DNA of 64,000 nucleotides. Origin: Zygnema circumcarinatum SAG 698-1b. Taxonomy: Eukaryota > Plantae > Zygnematophyceae. Positions within the stretch are counted from its first letter, which is position 1; each line of letters opens with the position of its first letter. The stretch spans positions 3,658,001-3,722,000 of the forward strand of contig CM074811.1 in the NCBI GenBank assembly GCA_037447605.1, read 5' to 3'. The notes under the pieces are model-generated. The model searched no databases. It was not told where the DNA came from and saw only the letters and a list, made by a program, of their open reading frames with translations. The translations under genes were made by a program, and so were the position numbers. Of this stretch, positions 1 through 8,687 are shown one piece after another.

Positions 1-600
1 CCAATTCATCCTTAAATTAAGTGATAATGTGAATAGTATCTTTATGAGTGGGGTATTTATGTCATTGCTTATTTAGCAAATTGCCCAGTCATTTATTGGA
101 GCAGTTACTTAAACAATTATCGGATATATTCTTTGCAATGTTCGTTGAGATGTGAATTGAAGATATTAATTAAAATTCCTCAAAGACTTGCTAGCGTAAT
201 TGTAGACACTCTGATGAAGATACTGTTGTCTTGTATTCAGGAATTATTGCGCGCAATTTTTCATAAACCTTGGAAATTTGAAAATTTGTAAATTGAATCT
301 TTTGAGTGTTTGTAATTTGAATGTAAATCTTTATTATAACTGTTTTCTAAAACCACAATTGATATTAACGATCACCGTTTATTTTTCTATTTCTAAAGTA
401 GAAAATCTTTAGAAATAGAAATTATTAACCAAAGATTGACTACAAGTTGGTAATTGTCTTTAATATTCGCAACACTTGTATAAACACTCCTACGTCTTTA
501 TAAGACCCAAGAAGTCCGGTTATTAGCCAACCAATTCATATAGAAAGAGTCCAAACAGTTCGAAAGGTTTGGATTTTGAGAATGCAACAACGGCTAATGA
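1..600 (+). repeat. 600-bp direct repeat, copy 1 (may extend left of the window)
   Basis: 1-600 (ccaattcatcc...cggctaatga) matches 1765-2364 at offset 1764; no mismatch seen by eye. Confidence 0.95.
384..421. terminator. Perfect AT-rich stem-loop (plastid-type terminator/processing hairpin); duplicated at 2148-2185
   Basis: tttctatttctaaag (384-398) pairs with ctttagaaatagaaa (407-421): 15-bp stem, 8-nt loop. Function is inferred. Confidence 0.5.
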
Positions 601-797
601 TTTTCAACATAGATTCGGACGCATAGAAAAATTACTATGGATTTTAGATAGAAAATAAGGGATGAAATAAGGAGAATTATTTCCACTGTGCAACAGCCAT
701 ACTTTTTTATACACAGGTTGTTCTATTATTTTGTTATTCATACCGTTTCGTTCAAAAGTTTTTTTATAAATTGTATGGAACTCGATCAATGGAAAGT

Positions 798-871
798 CGG
801 GATTGACGGGATTCGAACCCGCGACTTCCGCCGTGACAGGGCGGCGCTCTAACCAATTGAACTACAACCCC
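798..871 (-). tRNA. trnD-GUC: tRNA-Asp(GUC), plastid type
   Basis: Reverse complement GGGGTTGTAGTTCAATTGGTTAGAGCGCCGCCCTGTCACGGCGGAAGTCGCGGGTTCGAATCCCGTCAATCCCG. Full cloverleaf, anticodon arm CCGCC-CT GTC AC-GGCGG. Confidence 0.97.
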
Positions 872-887
872 TTGTAGCTACCAAACT

Positions 888-916
888 ATGGTATATATTT
901 AGTATAATGATGTCAA
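888..916 (-). promoter_or_regulatory. sigma70/PEP-type promoter upstream of trnD
   Basis: Minus strand TTGACA (916-911), 17-nt spacer, TACCAT (893-888), 16 nt before trnD. Confidence 0.6.
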
Positions 917-1121
917 GTGTAATATTAGATTATAAGTAATGCAAATCAAACAAAATCACTATACAAGAGTTATCGACATACCATATAACTGATCAGACGT
1001 TTCCACACAAGAGGCAGACAATACTAACATTCAAAGGTAGTAATTATGGATAAGTAAGTGTATTGCACTCACGTATGTTTGAGTGAATAAACTCATATGT
1101 TTAATTCACAACACTATTTCT

Positions 1122-1163
1122 CACTTGAATTCAAACAATGTTCACATTGTTTGAATTCAAGTG
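1122..1163. other. Perfect 19-bp inverted repeat (hairpin)
   Basis: cacttgaattcaaacaatg-ttca-cattgtttgaattcaagtg. Confidence 0.85.
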
Positions 1164-1183
1164 TTGTAAAAAAATATTTTATC

Positions 1184-1213
1184 TTGACAAGAAGATTACA
1201 AATATACTACAAT
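1184..1213 (+). promoter_or_regulatory. sigma70/PEP-type promoter upstream of trnL
   Basis: TTGACA (1184-1189), 18-nt spacer, TACAAT (1208-1213), 9 nt before trnL. Confidence 0.65.
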
Positions 1214-1222
1214 TCAATCGCT

Positions 1223-1288
1223 GCCGCCATGGTGAAATTGGTAGACACGCTGCTCTTAGGAGGCAGTGCGAGAGCATCTCGGTTCGAA
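1223..1288 (+). tRNA. trnL-UAG: tRNA-Leu(UAG), plastid type, 3' end lost in N gap
   Basis: GCCGCCATGGTGAAATTGGTAGACACGCTGCTCTTAGGAGGCAGTGCGAGAGCATCTCGGTTCGAA followed by Ns. Anticodon TAG, long variable arm, matches the streptophyte plastid trnL-UAG 5' sequence as recalled. Confidence 0.93.
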
Positions 1289-1298
1289 NNNNNNNNNN
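1289..1298. other. Assembly gap (10 N)
   Basis: N run interrupting trnL. Confidence 1.
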
Positions 1299-1506
1299 AA
1301 ACCACTCAATATAATTACAGATTTTTCAAATTCAATCTAGCTTAACAACAGTTATTGTTGTAAATTTTTCACTTTACAAATAATCATCTATTTTTTTACT
1401 GTTCAAAGGTTCAAATTGCTATTACGCTTGACTTAGGCTAATAAACTCATTAATATTATTTTGATTCATTTATTTTATGTGGTTATATCTTAAATGATAT
1501 TTCAAG

Positions 1507-1580
1507 GGCGGACGTAGCCAAGTGGTTAAGGCAGTGGATTGTGATTCCACCACTCGCGGGTTCGAACCCCGTCGTTCGCC
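1507..1580 (+). tRNA. trnH-GUG: tRNA-His(GUG), plastid type, with encoded G-1
   Basis: GGCGGACGTAGCCAAGTGGTTAAGGCAGTGGATTGTGATTCCACCACTCGCGGGTTCGAACCCCGTCGTTCGCC. Anticodon arm GTGGA-TT GTG AT-TCCAC. Confidence 0.97.
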
Positions 1581-1764
1581 CTATAGCCATTGTTATAACA
1601 ATATGGTATCAAATGAAGTGAATACAATAAAGTAAAATGTGAGACAAATATACTACATAAAGAATTTAGGTAAAATGAGTTTGTAGGTTTCCACTGCAGA
1701 CTTCCAGTTTAACATCTCGAACATCGAACCTAAATCATATATATTATTAACCTCATCATATATA

Positions 1765-2364
1765 CCAATTCATCCTTAAATTAAGTGATAATGTGAATAG
1801 TATCTTTATGAGTGGGGTATTTATGTCATTGCTTATTTAGCAAATTGCCCAGTCATTTATTGGAGCAGTTACTTAAACAATTATCGGATATATTCTTTGC
1901 AATGTTCGTTGAGATGTGAATTGAAGATATTAATTAAAATTCCTCAAAGACTTGCTAGCGTAATTGTAGACACTCTGATGAAGATACTGTTGTCTTGTAT
2001 TCAGGAATTATTGCGCGCAATTTTTCATAAACCTTGGAAATTTGAAAATTTGTAAATTGAATCTTTTGAGTGTTTGTAATTTGAATGTAAATCTTTATTA
2101 TAACTGTTTTCTAAAACCACAATTGATATTAACGATCACCGTTTATTTTTCTATTTCTAAAGTAGAAAATCTTTAGAAATAGAAATTATTAACCAAAGAT
2201 TGACTACAAGTTGGTAATTGTCTTTAATATTCGCAACACTTGTATAAACACTCCTACGTCTTTATAAGACCCAAGAAGTCCGGTTATTAGCCAACCAATT
2301 CATATAGAAAGAGTCCAAACAGTTCGAAAGGTTTGGATTTTGAGAATGCAACAACGGCTAATGA
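1765..2364 (+). repeat. 600-bp direct repeat, copy 2
   Basis: Matches 1-600, then diverges after ggctaatga (ttttcaac in copy 1, atattaat in copy 2). Confidence 0.95.
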
Positions 2365-2450
2365 ATATTAATGTGCTAAAGCAATATGCTAGACATTGAA
2401 GGAAATTTTAATATAAGTGATTTACTGTAGTTTAATTTTAAAAAGAGCCT

Positions 2451-3282
2451 GCCGTATGACCGCACAACCGTACGATATATGGCCGTTCTAAAAGTGTTCT
2501 ACAAAACGGCCTGCCTTTTAGAATTTTTGATTGCAGTTCTAATACGTGACACTGCGTTCTAATATCCATCCCTTTGCATAGGGGCGGCAGGAGGCGAGTA
2601 GGGATGGGCGCACGCGCGAAAATAAAATTATAGTTTATGAACAGTCGAATTTAAACGGGGCATTTTAAGCGAATAAAATTATGCCGGAGAATAATAACCC
2701 GTCCTCCCAGTTTGGATATCTCGCCCCCCGATTTTTTTGAGAGACAATATATGTTAGGGTCTGCCTGAAATCCGCAACTGGGAAACCAATCACCATCTGC
2801 CACGTGCTCTTTTATATGACGTAGCAAATTGTGATTGGTCCAAGCCCTCGATGTATACGAAATTTCGGCTTTCTTCGAAGCTGCGACCGTATGAAGTCTG
2901 TACGAACTGGATACGGTTTTCTCGTCCAGGCGCCGCCGCGTGCCGTCCAACGAACTCACCGTCTAACAATCATGCCGGTACACGTGGGCGCGTGTCATTC
3001 GCTGGGTCGAAGCCCAAATACAGATCGAACGGTTGTCGTGGTGCAACCTAAAGGAAAATCGACGGTGAGGATTCACTGCACGTGTGAAGAAGGCGCACAC
3101 TCGCACTTGCGATCCGAACGGATCTTCCTCTCCGAGCAGATTCGGGTAGGCCCTAACATATTTTTGCCTCTAAAAAAAAATAGAGGGACGGGATATCCAA
3201 AATGGGGGGGGGGTATCATTCTCCAATAATATGAAATAAACTTTAAATACTGTATGTACGAAACACAGTACGGTCGTACGGC
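2451..3282. mobile_element. Putative non-autonomous foldback/MITE-like element
   Basis: Terminal 15-mers gccgtatgaccgcac (2451) and gtacggtcgtacggc (3268-3282) are 13/15 inverted. Subterminal ~84-bp imperfect inverted repeats at 2686-2769 and 3141-3224. No transposase and no clear TSD. Confidence 0.55.
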
Positions 3283-3600
3283 CCGCAGAAGTTGTGACGA
3301 CAGTCGGCACTCGCCGGACTCGCTCAACCGTTGGCCGCACTCACTCACCATGGTGTGAAAAAACATCACCGTGACATGACACTCAGGCAGGCAGGCCGGC
3401 AGGCAGGCACAGGCAGAACACGCACAAGTCGACTTCACTGGCACTGCATGTTCCACTGCGAGACGGGATGATGCCGGGCCACAGGCGGAGGACATCGTTC
3501 GTTTCAAGCAGAGCGCCAACCACTCACTCCACGCTCATACTGTAATCGTGCAATGCCACTCCGCCCACTCGGGTATAGTACAAGCAGTCGAGAGGACGAG

Positions 3601-6600
3601 TCACGAGGGCGGCGGGGGCAGCACTCCCGCGGAGGCCAGCACGTGGTGCGCGGCGCGGCGGGAGGCTCCGGGCTCGCCCAGACTCCGCCTCAGCCGGCGG
3701 TACCCCTCCTGCATGGCGCTCCTCCTCCCGCCCGCCGGCAGAAGAAGCAGCTCGAACGCCGCCTCTGCCACCGCCTCCGCCTCTGCCTGCTCCTGAATGA
3801 ACTCCGGGACCACCTGCCAGACATAGCCCCCCCCGCAAGCAATCCGTAAGGAATTTCGGGGACGCATCAGTATGTCCATATGGAGAGAAGACAGTACAAG
3901 AAAGAGCAGGAGTGAGTGAAACAGGAACAGATTGGGAAAACGAGACGACTGGCTATGGAGATTCCGCACTAGCTCAGTGCATTGCACGTGCTGCCTGCAA
4001 TCACGTAAGCCTAAACCTGCATAAGCGACCAGCGCACTACAAGCGGAAGGTGTTTCAAAGGCAGAGCAGCGGCGCAGTCTCACGTTCTCCTCAAGGATGA
4101 GGTTGACGAGGGAAACGAATGGCAGAGAGAAGCCGAGAACTCGTCTTGCAATCCACGCGGTAACCGCACTCACGCGGTACACCACAACCTGCGGCACCTG
4201 CGGCTTTCGGCGAGTCGACTCAGTGACTGACTGACTGACTGACTTTGGCCGCACAATTGCATGGGCCGCACATGGAGTGAACAGACAGACCATCACCTGC
4301 CACCTTATCGCACTTGGGATCTGAAAATATGCATTGGAACAGTACAGCGCTATGGCCTATTTCGAAAATGACCCATGCGACATGATAACGAAGCACCTTT
4401 CAGCAAAATTGGGAACAGCATCCGCTCGTACGTGCTCACATTAAGAAGCGCGAGCTCCACGGTAACGCTTCCTGACTTTGTAAGGGCCAAATCTGCAGCT
4501 GCCATTGCTATGCGCGAATCACCCTGATAAAAACAGACTGAAAAAGGTAAGCCAACTTCCAACTCGTCGCTTTCGCTTTCAACCAAGGTCAAGATGGCAA
4601 TCGCAAGGAGAAGGGCACTACAGAGTCGCATACATACTGCCCAGCGAGCTTTCTTCATTTAGTCTGTGACTCGTCGAGGCGGGGATTTCTACAGTTCAGG
4701 TATAATAGACCGCTTGAATCCACGGTATGATGGAGCTTCGGTACAGCAAATAGGGAGCAACAGTATGCCAAATGCCCGGCTTACAAGTATTACGATGAAC
4801 ATTTGCAATAGGCGTCTAAAATTGATAGGCCAACCAGCAAATAATAGCTCGTTAACTCTTTTTCTTTTTCATTTCACCTGCCATAGCCGCACCACATGGT
4901 CGAGACCATGCGCAGAAATCTCCGCTCGGATGCCCTCCGCGAGGTGGTCGGCGGCGACTGGAATGATGAACCGCAAGGAATGCCCATCCGTGCAGTCACT
5001 GAAACCACAAGCATACGCGGACAGCGTTGAGTCGTAGTACATGAATGCATTCCCCCGAACTTCCCAGGTAAATGCCTGCCTTTGTCCAGCTGAATGTAAG
5101 ACGTTGCATTCGATGGTAATCGTCTAGCAGGGAGCAGACACAGCCATAGCAGATGCAACTCAACTTGTCCGCAAGAAATGTACAGGCTCAGCTTCAAGGA
5201 AACCACTCCCTTGAACTGACTGTTGTTGCTACTCCTCATTTAAGCCCCTGCTTTGACCATTTCCCCTGTGCAGTTTGTCCCCAAGTCACTGACCTGCCGC
5301 CGTTCCGCATCCGGTCGAGCAGGAGCGCTGCGGAGCGGGCGAGGGTGGGCCACACGAGGCGCAGCTCCTGCAAGCGCGAGCCGGGGAGGAGGGCCACCAG
5401 AGTCGCACCCTCGCTTTCACCCAGAACCCTCCGCGCCTGCCATGCACCGCCATGCATCACCATGCATCACCATGCATCGCCATGCATCGCCATGCATCAC
5501 CATGCATCACCATGCATCGCCATGACATCGTCATGCATCGCCATGCACCGCCATTCATCGCCATGCAGCACCATGCATCGCCATGCATCGCCATGCAGCG
5601 CCATGCACCGCCATGCATCGCCATGCATCGCCATGAGCTCCATGGATCACTGGTCAGTACTGGGAAATCAATAGCTGGCATGGGGGCAAACAATTGCTAC
5701 AGCTCACGATCGATTTCCTTTATGGGGTCCATGTCACTCCAAACCCTGAGTCGGAGTCAGCAGTTGTACATATATTCACTTTCTGTAAACCTCGGCTAAC
5801 TGTCTCGTGAGATTACCTCTTCCCTTGTGATTGGTTTCTGGAAACGGTCCAGCAGAGGATGACCGATGAACTTTACACGTCCCCCGGCGTTCGCATAGTA
5901 CTCCCTCTGTCATGCCTCCCCTCTGCACTTGCCCCATCATCTGCCGTCCACAGGCGTGCAACGTACTATTAACGCTTAAAAATAGGCGCTGTCATTACAG
6001 TGAGAAAATGTGAGATTCGGTTGGACATACGAAGAAAGACGAGCCTGTTGCTAGGATGTCACACACACTATAGGTTGCCTCACAACAAGTCCTGGTCTCG
6101 GCATTAAGTTATAGCACCACTTTAGCTTAAGAAACAATCTCTTTTTATACAAGCTTCCTAACTCTAGGACTCTATCCGAGTAGCTAGACAAGATGCCAGA
6201 GTTGCACAGGCCGCAGAAAAAAACCTCACCTCTCGATCATAAACCGCCAAAATGGTATCGCTTGTGTCTACTATGGCTGCTGTACGTGTTGAAGACAACA
6301 ACCATTCATTCGGTGGAATGTAGTATGTTATAGGGCAGCCTATTTATACCCCCCCTGCCCCCCATAAAACTATTAGACTTCTTCAAGATTTCACATTGGA
6401 CAAAGGTTGTGCATTTGATCAAGACAAAAGTTGACGCTCGAACCACTGTACGAGTGCGACTGGCACTTCGTATGTGGAGTTTAGGATGCTTCATGCATGA
6501 GAGTCACTAACCGTATGTCCGCTTCAGATATCCGGCAAAGGGAATATTGACTCCCGGATAGTCCATCAGCACCTGGTCCATTCAGGACGGGCACACTGCC

Positions 6601-8289
6601 TATTAATCAAAGCTATCCATTTCCAAAGTTCCAGGTATCATTATGCTAAAGCTCTACTTGGATTTTTTTTTTTTCAAAGGAAGCATGAAATCATCTTTAC
6701 TTGTGTAATTGTTTTTGCGCATATCGTGTGTCTTCAAATAGCTTTCCTTGATCCCGAGTCCTGGACTCAGGAACAGGACCAAGAAAGTTCCGCATTCCAG
6801 TTAGCATCGTGGGCCTACAACTGCATGGGGTGGATGCTCGCGCAAAAACCTCTTCGCCCGTGCTTGCAGTTTCAGTGCTGGGAGGATGAGAGGCACTGCC
6901 TCCCACAAACCAATGGAGCTAATGCGTTCGTTAGAACCTGAGCCCCCCTCGCAAAAAAATGTTTTCCAGGACAAGTTAGAATAGAAACCTGCACCAGGCT
7001 CCAACTGTACTGAGGAGCATACGGATTTGAGAGTCTCCTCAGATCTGTGTGCTCCTTTTAGAGTCATTGGCTGTACTCTCCACGATCGCACTAGTTGAGA
7101 AAGTCCGACAGAAAGTGGTCACGAGACCCTGAACCTGTCCTTATAAGATAAAGTGGTTTAGACAGCTTAATGAATTGTTTTTCCAGGGTTCCTCAAACTT
7201 TGAACTGATTCACATGTACCAATGGTGGCTAACCACAGCATGCGCTGAAGTTTGAGCGTTTCTCCATAAAAAAAAAAAAAAAATCCGTGCACTCAGGCAA
7301 CTTGAAAGATAGGTTATAAACACCGACTCTGCTTCACTCCAAAAGTTGCCGTTGTAAACATACCGATCAAAATTGCCCCTGCCTCGCGCATGCGAGGTCC
7401 CCCGAGGGCATAAACCTGTACTGCCCTGCCAGCAGCCTCGGCCTGTTCCAATAATTCTTTAATTAAGGCGGCACCGTGAATATCACCCATCACATCTCCA
7501 GTGCTCACCTGCATAGTTCACCCCCACATATATATCAATGAAGTGCGCCCCCTTTGAATTCCACACAGTGTTCACGATGTTATAAGTCATTTCCTCCTAA
7601 TTCACTGCGTTCAATATTTTTTAAGCCGCCAGGTCCAGACTTCCTGGACATATAGGACAAAGGCACCGTCGATGATGTTTCAAGTTGGATACAAGTGGAA
7701 CTCGACTTGCTCCGAGTGACAAGATTTGAACACACTCGGCAGACTCATAAGATAGTGTATCGTTTGGGCCAAATGTGACTTAAGGTTTTTTCAAGATTTT
7801 GTCCTCGACGTAGTAGCATATACATAAATGCTGTTAGACATAAAATGGTCTCTTTCGAGAGCGAAGAATTTTTCTGTTGCATGGCCGTGTTGAGCTAGTG
7901 CTCACCAATATGACGGGTTAGAAAGTTACCAATATTCTCACTGGTTCCTCAACATTCTGGCTATGGGACGGCAAAAGCTCCGCATGCCTGTCACTAATAA
8001 CCAATTTCTGCATTTTTCTGCGGTGGACGCTCCTTTCATACAATGGGCCTGGTTCCCAATGCTGCCAGCTCCGCATTGCCCGAGTGTCCAATGCGATGCC
8101 ATTATCGCCAGTACGGCAGCTAAGGAGTGCCCTCTGCTGCAAACGGCCGAGAGGCCGCACAGACAGCCAGCACGCAGTGCAGTGCGAGCGTGCGGCAGGC
8201 ACAGCCCCTCCTGCACACGCATCCGAGAGCCTCTCCCCCGCGGCATTCCCAGCGGAGGCGGAGGCGGCCTGCAGGCCCCCTCCCGCCAT
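3601..8289 (-). CDS. lpxB: Lipid-A-disaccharide synthase (GT19), cyanobacterial-like, with N-terminal extension; 11 exons
   Basis: Exons 8289-7930, 7508-7364, 6937-6819, 6572-6512, 6339-6230, 5906-5817, 5436-5294, 4998-4878, 4523-4440, 4197-4084, 3813-3601 join through GT-AG introns with consistent phases (1560 nt). Motifs: RILVSTGDVMGD, VLMDYPGVN, YYIPPNEW, FIGHPLLD, LLPGSRLQE, AAADLALTKSGSVTVELALLNVPQVVVYR, VVPEFIQEQA, LGEPGASRRAA. Confidence 0.93.
5439..5635. repeat. 10-bp minisatellite (CCATGCATCG-type) in lpxB intron
   Basis: Degenerate tandem copies of ccatgcatcg/ccatgcatca/ccatgcaccg. Confidence 0.95.
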
Positions 8290-8687
8290 GGCCTCCCTCC
8301 CGCGCTCGCACGCAGGCCCGCAGCAGGCCGCTCCCGGCCCCGTCCGCGCTCTCTGTACGGCCCTCCCCTCCCTGTCCGGTCGTCCCCGGCCGGCCGAGGC
8401 CGCTGGGGAAATCCGTCGAAGTCCTGCCGCCCCGTCGTCCACTTACAACACGCCACGTCGGAAGGAAGGACTACGTGGCAGCCTGGGATTGGCGATTCAC
8501 GGCGCCAAAGAGCACCCTCCTTGCCTCTCTCGCCGCTTCCTCCTGCTGCTGCTCCTGTGGCGCTGCCCTCGGGAGGGAAGGCGTTGGAGAATCGCGCGTG
8601 TGCAGGGCGGGCCAGGCGGCCGGGACGCTCAAGGCAAGGTGGCGGCCGGGATTGGGGGGCCTGTGTGCGCCCATATTCCAACTTGCC

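Larger units (their letters stand above)
1..2364. other. Plastid-derived DNA block (NUPT or mis-joined plastome fragment)
   Basis: Markedly AT-rich. Carries three plastid-type tRNA genes, TTGACA-type promoters and long hairpins. Composition shifts to nuclear-type sequence after ~2450 with no N gap at the junction. Confidence 0.85.

Noticed and set aside
1-600. Minus-strand frame that reads protein-like if TAA/TAG are Gln and TGA is Trp or Arg (alternative code or U-to-C editing), with a faint matK-like SHYH...KSAV pattern
   Set aside because: The stop density is roughly what AT-rich non-coding DNA gives by chance, and the motif spacings do not match matK. Reassigning all stops opens any frame.
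604-789. 61-aa minus-strand ORF next to trnD, weakly reminiscent of a plastid ycf
   Set aside because: Short, TTG start and no motif I can support.
5253-5799. His/Ala/Ser/Pro/Cys-repeat ORFs
   Set aside because: Translations of the 10-bp intronic minisatellite in lpxB.
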